Source of the DNA: Nitrospira sp.
GTDB taxonomy: Bacteria; Nitrospirota; Nitrospiria; Nitrospirales; Nitrospiraceae
Length of the DNA: 64,000 nucleotides
Direction: 5' to 3'
NCBI GenBank assembly: GCA_047150005.1
Contig: AP038806.1
Span: forward strand, 992,001-1,056,000
The notes under the pieces are model-generated. The model saw only the letters and a list, made by a program, of their open reading frames with translations, did no database searches and was not told where the DNA came from. This document shows, piece by piece, positions 29,283 through 39,024 of this stretch. Numbering within the stretch: the stretch's first letter is position 1; each line of letters opens with the position of its first letter. Both the position numbers and the translations under genes were made by a program.

Positions 29283-29993
29283 ATGTTCGCAACGGCGGGC
29301 AAGAAGATTCTCATCGTTGAGGATGAAAAGGACATCCTTCAACTGGTGAAGCTGTACCTGGATAAAGAAGGATTTCGCACCGTGACCGCGACAAACGGAA
29401 TCGATGCGCTTCGACAAACCAGATCAGATCATCCGGACCTGGTCATCTTGGATCTGATGCTCCCCGAAATCGACGGACTTGAAGTCTGCAAAAAGCTTCG
29501 ACTAACTCCGCAGACCGCCATGCTACCCATCATCATGCTGACGGCCAAGGGCGAAGAGTCCGACATGGTCGTTGGGTTGGAACTGGGAGCTGACGATTAC
29601 GTCACCAAACCCTTCAGCCCGCGCGGACTTGTAGCCCGCGTGAAAGCTCTGTTTCGAAGGCTCGCACGAGCCAACGATCGAGAGGTCAGTATCTATCAGT
29701 ACGGCTCACTCAACCTCAACCTGTCACGCCACGAAGTGACCGTGAACGGACACGAGGTGACATTGACGGCCAAGGAATTCGGCTTGCTCGAGCACCTTCT
29801 GAGAAATCCGGGAAGGGTATTGACGCGAGATGTCCTATTGAACAACGTGTGGGGCTATGATTACCACGGGACCACGAGAACGGTGGACGTGCACGTACGG
29901 CGGATTAAGCAGAAACTGCCACTTCTCAATGACGCAATTCTGTCGGTCAAATCTCTCGGATATAAGCTCAAGGATCCGAACATGATCGCCTAG
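29283..29993 (+). CDS. OmpR/PhoB-family response regulator (PhoB/PhoP-like)
   Basis: VEDE, ILDLMLP, MLTAK, GADDYVTKPF, winged helix TRTVDVHVRR; AAGGAGG RBS. Confidence 0.93.
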   Translation: MFATAGKKILIVEDEKDILQLVKLYLDKEGFRTVTATNGIDALRQTRSDHPDLVILDLMLPEIDGLEVCKKLRLTPQTAMLPIIMLTAKGEESDMVVGLELGADDYVTKPFSPRGLVARVKALFRRLARANDREVSIYQYGSLNLNLSRHEVTVNGHEVTLTAKEFGLLEHLLRNPGRVLTRDVLLNNVWGYDYHGTTRTVDVHVRRIKQKLPLLNDAILSVKSLGYKLKDPNMIA

Positions 29994-30170
29994 CCGGCGC
30001 TTTTCCTGCTTCGGGACCGTCCTCACTGCCTCCATCGCTGCACGTTACAGCTTCCTCTGCCCGGCCCCAGCTGGCCGTCTGGTTATACCGGCTACTATGG
30101 GCCGCGCAAGCAGACTCCCGTCTCTCTTACGGAAATCTTCCTTCAGGCAGCCCAGCAGGTTCGCAGATCC

Positions 30171-30569
30171 CTACCTGAGCCTTGACGGGGAGACGGGAAC
30201 AGCGGTGCGACCGGGTGAAGGATCGGGCTGTTCCTTGACCTGGAGCCCGATCTCCTGCAGCGCTTTGGGATACTGTGCACAATATTCCTTGGCCCTTGCC
30301 GGGACCTGCTCATATTTCTCCAAACAGGCGCGGTAGGACTTCACCAAAAGCGCCGCCTCATTGTAGACCGCGGTGGCGGCCTCAGTCTGACGGAACGTCT
30401 GGCATTGAATCGCGGCCTCGCGGTCGAGGACCGTATCGCCGGCCATCGTGGCACAGGTCACGTCGATGTACTGATGGGGTTTTGTACAGGCCAGCGTCCC
30501 GAGCAGCGCGAGCACCGGGAGGACAATTCCCTGCATCTGAGGCACACCAGCGATACGCATGATCTCCAT
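30171..30569 (-). CDS. Putative Cys-containing lipoprotein
   Basis: Hydrophobic leader ending TLAC; four further cysteines. Confidence 0.6.
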   Translation of the reverse strand: MEIMRIAGVPQMQGIVLPVLALLGTLACTKPHQYIDVTCATMAGDTVLDREAAIQCQTFRQTEAATAVYNEAALLVKSYRACLEKYEQVPARAKEYCAQYPKALQEIGLQVKEQPDPSPGRTAVPVSPSRLR

Positions 30570-30834
30570 CGTGACTGACAGTTATTACGCCTCCAATAAG
30601 GACGTATTACACGCCGGTTAAATCTCCTCAACACCGCCAATTTCATGCCGATTTTCGGCGGCCGATGCGCAATAAGCCGGGAACGCCGTGTTAGGATCGA
30701 GGTTCTCGAAACGAGGTTGAGCGGGCGGGTCGTGAAACGACGATGCCTCGGTCTGTTGAGCTTGCTTCGTCCATTCACGCAATCGTTTAGAGGACCTTGA
30801 TATAATGAGCTGCCTGCCAGCGGGAGCAACGTCA

Positions 30835-31950
30835 ATGGGAACCGTGGACACATCGGCGGTCGTCGTGACCAAGGGAACCTGCTATGCCATCTTTGCCTAC
30901 GACATCGGCTCTTCCATTAACCTGGAAGAGGCGGATCGCCGCATTACAGCCAGCACCGAGCGCGGGCGCCTCCGCCACAAGGCCAGAGCACCGCAATATT
31001 TCGAATATCGACCGGCTCCCTTGCGGCTCATGCAGGAAGCCGGAGCCTTGACCGTCGCCGCCTATTCGTCGAGCCCGACGGTCGAAGTGATGGTCTACGA
31101 TTTCGGGGCCGTCACGATTACTTATCGATTCGCCTTGGACGGGCCGTTCGACAATCTGCTCGAACTGAGCGAGGCGCTCTACGAGCATGAACAACTGTTG
31201 ATGGAGTCCCGAGCGCGGGTCGAACAACTCATTCAGGCCATTCACCCATCCATCGAACGGCCGAGGATCGCCGCCGAAGTAGAAGACTATCTCATCTTCG
31301 AAATTAATTCATGCACCCCTTGCCAAGACATTCCCGTATGGGTGCGCAGAGGAGCTGAATTGGCCCACATCCTTCGTGGAGAGCGCACCCCCCTCTCGGA
31401 TCAGGAAATTCACGATGCCGTATCCTGCTGCATCTCTTTCGGAACCGACGACGCCGCGCTGATCGATTGGCATGCGGCCGTGCTGTTCGGGAAGGATATG
31501 GACGACGTGCGAGCCGTATTGGAGTTCGCGAATGTCGAGTTGCTGGAAATGCGGATGCTGGACGAACAGCTCGACCAATCGCTCGATCAGGGGTACGAGG
31601 CGCTTTCCCGTAAGCCGCGAATCTTGTCGCTCCCGGGATCCTACGACAAGGACACCACCCTCATCGCCCAACTTCAGGTCGACGGTGCCCTCCTGTTCGA
31701 ACGAGTCACCAATACGCTGAAGCTGCTGGGGGACCAATATCTCGCGCGGGTCTATCGCCTGGCCTCTCAGCGCTTCCACCTGGAAGACTGGGACAAGAGC
31801 ATTTTGCGGAAACTGGACACGTTGGAAAGCATCTACGGCAAGATGTCGGACCGAGCCGGGACACGGCGGATGGAGTTGCTGGAATGGATCATCATCGTAC
31901 TGATTGCCGTTTCCATCGCGGTGTCGTTCGTTCCCATTGGAAAATTCTAG
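30835..31950 (+). CDS. Conserved hypothetical protein with C-terminal TM (RMD1/DUF155-like)
   Basis: YDFGAV, long helical C-terminal half, terminal LEWIIIVLI helix; TATAAT at 30801. Confidence 0.6.
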   Translation: MGTVDTSAVVVTKGTCYAIFAYDIGSSINLEEADRRITASTERGRLRHKARAPQYFEYRPAPLRLMQEAGALTVAAYSSSPTVEVMVYDFGAVTITYRFALDGPFDNLLELSEALYEHEQLLMESRARVEQLIQAIHPSIERPRIAAEVEDYLIFEINSCTPCQDIPVWVRRGAELAHILRGERTPLSDQEIHDAVSCCISFGTDDAALIDWHAAVLFGKDMDDVRAVLEFANVELLEMRMLDEQLDQSLDQGYEALSRKPRILSLPGSYDKDTTLIAQLQVDGALLFERVTNTLKLLGDQYLARVYRLASQRFHLEDWDKSILRKLDTLESIYGKMSDRAGTRRMELLEWIIIVLIAVSIAVSFVPIGKF

Positions 31951-31978
31951 GTCGCCTTCCTCAAAGGAGATTCTACCG

Positions 31979-32395
31979 ATGACAGTCTCTCCGGTACGCT
32001 TCCCACTGCGCCGTGCGCTGCCCTACATCGGTATTGCTTGTCTGTTCCTTGTCGGAGGATGTGCGGCAAGCTCTTCCGAACGCCACCAGCAGGCCGGCGA
32101 CATCGTGATCGGCACGACCACCAAAGCCGACGTGCTCAAACGGTACGGAACACCGGACTTGGTGCAAATGCTGCCGGATGGGGAAATCGCGACCTATCGG
32201 CCGAGCGCTTCGCCGCCGACCAAACCGACGGTCACCGTCCCGACCATTCAGGCCGGACCGCTGGGGACGATGACAACTCAGAGTCAAACGGTCGATCCGG
32301 GGTTCGGCAAGAACACCGGCTCACACAACCGTCCCCAAACGGAGTTGCAGATCCGATACGACCAACAAGGCGTGGTGCGGGAGCTGATCCAATGA
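31979..32395 (+). CDS. Putative lipoprotein (BamE/SmpA-like pattern)
   Basis: Lipobox LVGGC, G.TTKADV...YG.P, terminal L.I.YD..GVV; AAGGAG RBS. Confidence 0.7.
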   Translation: MTVSPVRFPLRRALPYIGIACLFLVGGCAASSSERHQQAGDIVIGTTTKADVLKRYGTPDLVQMLPDGEIATYRPSASPPTKPTVTVPTIQAGPLGTMTTQSQTVDPGFGKNTGSHNRPQTELQIRYDQQGVVRELIQ

Positions 32396-32444
32396 CGACC
32401 AGGCCATTGGTTGGAGCACGTCATGCCTCCACAGCGTATCTGCG

Positions 32445-33170
32445 TCAGGAGTTCCCGAGTTCTCTGAGCATCCGCTCCGCCTCAGGCTTGTACTTGCGCT
32501 CCCAGGTGTAGCGGTAGTGCGGCCGGTCGAAGTGTACGACGGCTTCCAGCTGTTTTTTCGCCTCTTCCCGCCGGCCCTGCTTGAGGTAAAGTTTGGCCAG
32601 CATGATGCGTGCATTGGCGAAATTCCCGTCGACCGCCACCGACCGTTCCAGATAGTCTTGGGCCTTCTTGTCGCTTCCCCCCAGTATCCAAGGAATTTCC
32701 ATCAATAGCCCGCCCATCATCTGTAACGCCTGAGAATGCTGGGGCTCGAGCTCAATGGCGCGCTGTGCGCAATGCTTGATCTCTTTCACGGCAAAGGCCG
32801 CGTTCGTCACGCCTCGGAGACGTGCAGCGCTCCCGATGTTCAAGGCATGAAAAAAATGTGCGTCCGCCAGCCGATCGTCCGTCTCAAAGGCCTGTTTGGC
32901 CGCTTCCGCACCGGCGTCATAGGCCGCCAGGCGCTTTGCCTCATCCGTCAACAAATCGTCCGCGAGATCGAAATACGTTTCCGACAGCTTCACAAGCAAC
33001 GAGGGTGACGGTTTGCCTTCGCGCACCCGTTCGAGCAGCACCTGAAGATCCCGCTCAAGCGTCTGCGGATAACCGGCCGGCATTTCATTCCGTTGCGCGC
33101 CCGCCGGTCCGGTGACCACCAGTACCCAACACAGCAGGAGTCCGATGACGATCGACTCGATCCGGGTCAT
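32445..33170 (-). CDS. Exported tetratricopeptide-repeat protein
   Basis: Signal peptide; TPR-like helices (AQRAIELEP, AQDYLERSVAVD, LAKLYLKQG). Confidence 0.75.
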   Translation of the reverse strand: MTRIESIVIGLLLCWVLVVTGPAGAQRNEMPAGYPQTLERDLQVLLERVREGKPSPSLLVKLSETYFDLADDLLTDEAKRLAAYDAGAEAAKQAFETDDRLADAHFFHALNIGSAARLRGVTNAAFAVKEIKHCAQRAIELEPQHSQALQMMGGLLMEIPWILGGSDKKAQDYLERSVAVDGNFANARIMLAKLYLKQGRREEAKKQLEAVVHFDRPHYRYTWERKYKPEAERMLRELGNS

Positions 33171-33335
33171 GCGCCCCTTATACACTTCCCGGGCGCGGCT
33201 CAGTCAAGTATCTTCCGGTCCGGGTCCGATCGGCTGATCTCATGACGAGGCTTCGGCGGAATTGCGAGATGGTCCCATCGTCCCAAATGTCATGCCGATC
33301 GATACATTGGAACGAGGACGAAGCAGACAAGGCAT

Positions 33336-34274
33336 TTATGGGCAGGGCTCTGCAGGGGCCAACTCCCGGACTTCGTCCAGCTCACGTCGCCCCGGGTCAA
33401 AAGACTCGCGGCGCAATTCGCTGCCGCTGCGAGCACGGTAGACCAATTCGTCCGTCTGAAAATCATACTCGGGGATGTCCTGGTTTTCCCACCGCTTGGT
33501 GAAGTACTGATAGAACAGTGTATAGAGCCCATGGTGATCCACTTTGTGCTGGAACACATATTCGGGCATCCATCGGATGTCGAGCCCGGTGTGGTAGTGC
33601 TGGAGCCACAAGTAATCGCCGAGGATGATCATCCGAAGGTGCGGCCGATCCGAATACAGCTTCAGACGGATGACTTTTCCATTGGCACGAAATCGCTTGA
33701 TCAGCGCGATGGTTTCCGTCAGCTCATCCAGAAACCGCATCGGCGTAATGTCCAAATGCGAGAGGGACTGGGCGCGACGCACGGCCTCTTCGGAAAACGG
33801 GTTCAGCAGAATCAGCTTCGCTTCCAGACAGGTCTCGAGCAGGGCGTGAATCTCCGCCTTGTCGTCGATCACCGTACCGTGGCCGGTCACGCCGATCGCC
33901 AACGCGGTTCTTCCCAAGCTTTGCTGCTGCTTAAGTTTCCTGATCGCGCGGTCGGCAGCTGGATCGTGCAGCGGAAAGAATGAGATGAGACCCGCTCCCC
34001 TGGCCATCACCGCCTGTCGCCGATCTTGACTGGCCTGCCACAGGTAGCCGGACACTGCGATCAGGCATAGTGCCACACCGACTTCGATGGTCAACAGCAG
34101 CACCTGTTCGTGTTCCACGCGCGACCAGAAGGTCAGAAACTGCCGGGCGATGTTCGGCAACGACCAGGCGATGCCGGCACTCAGCACCACGATCAACCCG
34201 TGAAGCCCGAGCACACCCGCTTCCCGTCCTGCGTCTTTCAGCTTTGCGATCCACTCCTTGCCCTTGTCCATCAT
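33336..34274 (-). CDS. Hypothetical membrane protein (two TM helices plus a soluble alpha/beta domain)
   Basis: AGGAGG RBS; two N-terminal hydrophobic helices; 312 aa. Confidence 0.7.
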   Translation of the reverse strand: MMDKGKEWIAKLKDAGREAGVLGLHGLIVVLSAGIAWSLPNIARQFLTFWSRVEHEQVLLLTIEVGVALCLIAVSGYLWQASQDRRQAVMARGAGLISFFPLHDPAADRAIRKLKQQQSLGRTALAIGVTGHGTVIDDKAEIHALLETCLEAKLILLNPFSEEAVRRAQSLSHLDITPMRFLDELTETIALIKRFRANGKVIRLKLYSDRPHLRMIILGDYLWLQHYHTGLDIRWMPEYVFQHKVDHHGLYTLFYQYFTKRWENQDIPEYDFQTDELVYRARSGSELRRESFDPGRRELDEVRELAPAEPCP

Positions 34275-34388
34275 CCTCCTTCTCGTGTGGCTGATTCAGA
34301 TCACACGCGGCCGCTTGTCCGCGTACGACAAGCTTCGCCGACCGTGGTTACACCCAAGTAAAGCGTGGGCCAACGGAGGGTTAATTGA

Positions 34389-34838
34389 TCATGCCACATC
34401 GTGCCGGACGAGCCGGTCGCGATACGCCTCATAGTCCGGCACGAGGCGACGATATTCACGCGGCATGAGGGACGATGAAATCATGAAATCCGCGGAGGCT
34501 CGATTGCAGGCGATCGGGATGTTCCATACCACGGCGATCCGAAGCAGCGCCTTCACATCGGGATCGTGCGGATGGGGCTCCAACGGATCCCAAAAGAAAA
34601 TCAACACGTCGATTTCACCCTGGCTGATTTTCGCCCCGATTTGTTGGTCTCCGCCCAGAGGACCGCTCTGCAGCCGCACGACCGGCAGGTCCAGCTCGGA
34701 TTCGATGAGTCTCCCCGTCGTTCCCGTCGCAATGAGCCTGTGTCCGGACAGCGCCTCTCTGTTGAACGTCGCCCAAGCCAACAAATCCTGCTTCTTGTTG
34801 TCGTGCGCCACGATGGCGATGGTCTTCTGCTCCTGCAT
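34389..34838 (-). CDS. mgsA: Methylglyoxal synthase
   Basis: [44 protein letters not shown]. Confidence 0.96.
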   Translation of the reverse strand: MQEQKTIAIVAHDNKKQDLLAWATFNREALSGHRLIATGTTGRLIESELDLPVVRLQSGPLGGDQQIGAKISQGEIDVLIFFWDPLEPHPHDPDVKALLRIAVVWNIPIACNRASADFMISSSLMPREYRRLVPDYEAYRDRLVRHDVA

Positions 34839-34986
34839 GGTCACGCTCCTGCCTTTCATCGGCACCTCCTTGGCACACCGGGCTTCCTTCCGGCTTCGCG
34901 CCGCGCTGACTATGACAGACGCATGTTACGGACAGGTTGCCTGCCCTAAGCCATTGAATAACGAACGGTTGCACGGACCGCTTGCA

Positions 34987-36948
34987 TCAACCCTGCGGGG
35001 CCTTGGGCCGTGCAAGTTGTTCGAGAAGGATGGCATCCAGCCGGATCCTCGCCTGCTCGTGCAGCCTGCGAAGCTCATCTCTGGCGAGAAGCGGATCATC
35101 GAGGGTTCGATCGGATGGAGCGATGGGCGCCAACGTAAAGATCTTCAGAAGCGCGGAGCGCGGCACCGCCGGTTTGGCTTTCCACGGATTGTAGAGCGGA
35201 TCACCGAACAACACCATGCGCCAGCTGACCCACCGGCTGGTCAAGTAGTAGGCCTCGACCAGGGAATACTGGCCGGTCATCATGAGGGAGACGAACTCGA
35301 GTGGTTCCGGAAACGCGTCAAGGTAGGGTTCGCCCACGGAGCCGAGCGTGGCGGTAATACCCCGCTCCAACGCATTCTTACACCATCCCGATTCGGAAGA
35401 GTTGTGGATGCTCACCGCTTCGGCGGAAGCCATGTGGTACCCGATTGCGCCCCGCCGGAAGGTAAATGCATCTTCGTACTGCCGCAGGCGATACCACCCG
35501 ACGTACAAGGCCACATCCGGAACGGCACCGGGTCGTTGAAACCTTGCTTCGGTATTGTCCAACACGGAGCGATAGGGGGCCTGCCCGTCGAGAAAATCCT
35601 TCAAGTCCCGCAGGCTCTGATCATACCGGCCGTAGGTATCAGTCCGATCCTTCACCGACAACCCACGGGCATCCAAGTAGATGGTTCCCGCTAACCCCTG
35701 TGCCTCCGTTTCCATCGCTTGGTCCACCAACTTCAACGCCTGGCCCGCCGTCGGCGCATCGAGCCGGCTCACCATCAAGAGGGGAATCTCACGGCGGGAG
35801 GTTCCGGGCTTGGTGATGGTATGATAAAACCGGTTCGGAAGCCGCCAGCCGACGCCGTAATCGCCGCCATCCGACCACAGCAGACTCAGCTCGCTGTCCA
35901 CACTTGCATCTGCAAACTCGGTGGTCAAACGTTTCAGTTCCAGGGCAGCCAACGCATAGACGCCATAGACGCCGTAGACCTCTTCGACCTGGCGATACAA
36001 GGCGTCTCGACTGCGCGAAATCGGAAGGTTCAATGCACCCAGCAGTATCTGCAATCCTTCTGCTTGCCGTGCCAATCCGTGTTTGGCGTCGCCGTTGCTC
36101 GGAGCCTCCGGATGTCTGGGAAAATCCTGGTACAGTTGCGTGAGTCCGGCAGTTCCTTGGTACTGTCCAACGACTTCCTCCAGCCGACCGTACCACTGCG
36201 AGCGGGCGGAGGCGTTGAGCGCTTTCGCTCGTTTGAGGGCCGCCTCGGTCACGGCGTCGATGCGCGCAAGAAACGCCACCTGACGATCGAATTCGGGCAG
36301 CCCTTGGTTGCTCTTGTCATTAGACGACTGCGGCGCCTTGGGCGGTCCGGCAATCTGCTGCGCAGCACGTTGGACGGACAAGAGTCGTGACCTGGCTTGG
36401 GTCAGCCGGTCCCCGGCGTCCCGTTTCCAACGACGCTCGTCCGTCGTCAGAATCGGTGCCCCCACCCGCAACGGAACTCCATAGACCGTGACGAGCACGC
36501 GGACGGACCGCTGAAGCCCTTCTGCTTCCAACATCCGCCGAAGCGGCAACACCAACCTTCGCTCGTACTCTTCCCAGGTCACGGCGTCGTCCTTGGAAAG
36601 ATCAAGCTTGGCGATATGTTTCAGGGGAATGCCACGACGTGTCGCGTAGTGCCGGGCCACCATCAGACTGTCCGGACTGTTGCTGTTCGCAACAATCACC
36701 ACCTGATGCGGCCCAAGCTCAGCCCATGCCGGGCAAACGGCCGTCCCCCACAGCGACACAGACCAGAGAAGCAGCGTGACACACCACCGTCCGACTGTGT
36801 GTTCTCGCTCGTCGTCGTGCCGGCGAGCCCTGTCCTGCGCGGCAGACACATGGCGCCATGTGGCGACCAGTTCGGATTTACGCTCGAGTAACAACCGGGT
36901 AATCACGCGGCAACATCTTACAGATACACGTGAGACCACATACATCAA
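34987..36948 (-). CDS. TIGR03790-family exported protein
   Basis: N.N.PDS..VA.HYA.RRGIP, GVPLRV, ASVDSELSLL, VSRLD, GAIGYH.AS, G.V.EPYL.AFP, SWR...GDPLY. True start probably downstream of 36948. Confidence 0.8.
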   Translation of the reverse strand: MMYVVSRVSVRCCRVITRLLLERKSELVATWRHVSAAQDRARRHDDEREHTVGRWCVTLLLWSVSLWGTAVCPAWAELGPHQVVIVANSNSPDSLMVARHYATRRGIPLKHIAKLDLSKDDAVTWEEYERRLVLPLRRMLEAEGLQRSVRVLVTVYGVPLRVGAPILTTDERRWKRDAGDRLTQARSRLLSVQRAAQQIAGPPKAPQSSNDKSNQGLPEFDRQVAFLARIDAVTEAALKRAKALNASARSQWYGRLEEVVGQYQGTAGLTQLYQDFPRHPEAPSNGDAKHGLARQAEGLQILLGALNLPISRSRDALYRQVEEVYGVYGVYALAALELKRLTTEFADASVDSELSLLWSDGGDYGVGWRLPNRFYHTITKPGTSRREIPLLMVSRLDAPTAGQALKLVDQAMETEAQGLAGTIYLDARGLSVKDRTDTYGRYDQSLRDLKDFLDGQAPYRSVLDNTEARFQRPGAVPDVALYVGWYRLRQYEDAFTFRRGAIGYHMASAEAVSIHNSSESGWCKNALERGITATLGSVGEPYLDAFPEPLEFVSLMMTGQYSLVEAYYLTSRWVSWRMVLFGDPLYNPWKAKPAVPRSALLKIFTLAPIAPSDRTLDDPLLARDELRRLHEQARIRLDAILLEQLARPKAPQG

Positions 36949-36967
36949 TCAAAGGAGGCACGGCACA

Positions 36968-37351
36968 ATGGTAACAGTCGGACAGTTAATGAAGCAGGAT
37001 CTCGTCACTGTTGACACGGGCACTTCCGTCGTCGAAGCGGCCAAGCTGATGAAGGCCTGCAACGTGGGCAGCGTTCTCGTTTCACAAAAAGACCGGATCG
37101 TCGGCATCGTGACCGAATCGGACATTGTAAGGAAGTTCGTGAGCGCCGACCGTGTCGCCTACTTCATTCCCGTCGAGTCGATCATGAGCAGTCCGGTGCT
37201 GGGCATCGAGGCACGCCGGCCGATTACAGAAGCCGCCGACATGATGAACAAACATCGCACCCGTCATCTGGGTGTGACGAAGGCCGGCGCCATCGTCGGA
37301 GTGGTATCCGTGCGAGATTTCCTCCAGCCGGTGGCCGTTGACGACTTTTAG
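36968..37351 (+). CDS. CBS-domain pair protein
   Basis: GIVTESDIV and GVVSVRDF; AAAGGAGG RBS. Confidence 0.9.
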   Translation: MVTVGQLMKQDLVTVDTGTSVVEAAKLMKACNVGSVLVSQKDRIVGIVTESDIVRKFVSADRVAYFIPVESIMSSPVLGIEARRPITEAADMMNKHRTRHLGVTKAGAIVGVVSVRDFLQPVAVDDF

Positions 37352-37639
37352 CCCCCCGTCCGGATGGTCGCCCAGTGATGAGCCGGGCTGTCTCTTGACG
37401 ACACGGCTCATAGCCACTATTACCGGTATCCGATTAAGCACCGACGCGCGAGCGACCGGTGACTCACGTGTCGGACCGCGGCTTACGCTCGCAGCATGGC
37501 TCATTACCATGCAAAAGACTTCGCAGGGCGAAAGCTACCGAAAGAAGAGGCATCGCCTGATGAACCGCGATGGCGTAGGTGACGGAACGGACTTGGGCGG
37601 AGACACGGAAGGTGGCGGGCCGATGCCGGAGCGTCTGCG

Positions 37640-38293
37640 TTACTTGACCTTGGAGAAATCCGCGTTGATTTTCGCTTCTTTGCCGTCTTGAAGATTGACG
37701 ACGAACACCGACGCGGCGTTGGGGTCAAAACTCTCGTACGAAAACACCGCGGTGAACCGTGCCCGATAGGCCGGCCCGTTGCCTTCGTTCTTTCTTCCGC
37801 GTTCCGCCTTGCCGACGTCGATCGGTTTGACTCGTTTTGTGCCCTGCTGCATCTCAACCAGCGCCCCTTCGGCGAAGTATTCGTCATCGCCGCACAGTTG
37901 CACTTCGACTTCCATGTTCGGCATGTCGACGACCTTCTTGATGAACTCCTCCGGCATGCGGATGTCCGTTTTTCGCTTCTTCGATTCCGATGCCTCTTGG
38001 CGGCCGAATGCTTCCAGCCGATACCGCTTCGTCCGAAGCACCGCGCTTGCCCCGCAGGGGTCCTTTTCCGGATCAGCCCCGACCCGAGTCGCCACCGAGG
38101 CCTGCTGGAGTACTTTCTTGACTTCCTCAGGGGAGTTGGCCTTATCCATGGGTGAGCGGCCCGCCTCCAGAGCCTTTTGAGCCTCTTCCATCGACAATTT
38201 CACGTCGATGGACCAGGCCGGTGCGGCACCGACCAGGATCATGCAGGCGCAGGCGGTCAGTTTCAGTACGTCTCCCCATCCTCGAACTGCCAT
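37640..38293 (-). CDS. Exported hypothetical protein
   Basis: Signal peptide ending PAWS; strong codon bias; GGAGGG RBS. Confidence 0.75.
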   Translation of the reverse strand: MAVRGWGDVLKLTACACMILVGAAPAWSIDVKLSMEEAQKALEAGRSPMDKANSPEEVKKVLQQASVATRVGADPEKDPCGASAVLRTKRYRLEAFGRQEASESKKRKTDIRMPEEFIKKVVDMPNMEVEVQLCGDDEYFAEGALVEMQQGTKRVKPIDVGKAERGRKNEGNGPAYRARFTAVFSYESFDPNAASVFVVNLQDGKEAKINADFSKVK

Positions 38294-38388
38294 GAGACCC
38301 TCCACAAACGGTAGCGAATAAATGCGGCATTGTACGGAAAGCCTTCTGCCTTTGCAATCCGCCCGCAGCGCATCAGCGCGGTCGTCAA

Positions 38389-39024
38389 CTACCCGGGTGA
38401 CATCTGCGCCCAGTTTTCGTAAGGCTTCTGCCGATACACCTGCTCGATATCCGTCGGGATCGACACGCCGGCCTGCATCAATAGACGATGGAGCAGGCGC
38501 AGCGGAAGCCCTACCACCGTCGTGAAATCGCCGTCGAGCGATTCGATCAGCTCTCTGCCCGCGCCTTGAATGGAATAGGCGCCGGCCTTTCCCAAACTGT
38601 CGCCGGTGGCCAGATACCGCTCATGCGCGCGGGCATCGTATGGTTTCATGCGGATCTGCGCCGTTGCGAGCCGCGTCTTGTCGAACGCCCGCGTCAGGGA
38701 TACGACCGCCACGGCCGTGTGCACCTGATGGCGGCGTCCTGCCAATGTATGCAGCGTGCCGCGCGCGTCCTCCAAGTCCATCGGCTTGCCCAGTACGGTC
38801 CCCTCCAACTCGATCAGCGTGTCGCTCCCGATGACGACGGCTTCCGGGTCGACCGCGGCGACGGAGTGCGCCTTCTGCTGCGCGAAGGAGGATGCCAGTT
38901 CTTGCGCCGTTCGGCCGGCGATGATTCGCTCGTCGCAGACGGGATGTCGAACTTCGAAGGTCAGGCCCAGCAAGGCAAGCAACATGCGGCGTCTGGGTGA
39001 GGTGGATGCGAGGACTACCCGCAT
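38389..39024 (-). CDS. maf: Maf-family nucleoside triphosphate pyrophosphatase
   Basis: LASTSPRR, IGSDT, LGKP, KAGAYSIQG, VVGLP. Confidence 0.93.
   Translation of the reverse strand: MRVVLASTSPRRRMLLALLGLTFEVRHPVCDERIIAGRTAQELASSFAQQKAHSVAAVDPEAVVIGSDTLIELEGTVLGKPMDLEDARGTLHTLAGRRHQVHTAVAVVSLTRAFDKTRLATAQIRMKPYDARAHERYLATGDSLGKAGAYSIQGAGRELIESLDGDFTTVVGLPLRLLHRLLMQAGVSIPTDIEQVYRQKPYENWAQMSPG

Noticed and set aside
37524..37570. GAAA...CTGATGA resembling a hammerhead ribozyme core or c-di-GMP-I riboswitch
   Set aside because: Stems I-III cannot be formed, the G-C pair closing stem II is absent, and the riboswitch P2 elements are missing.
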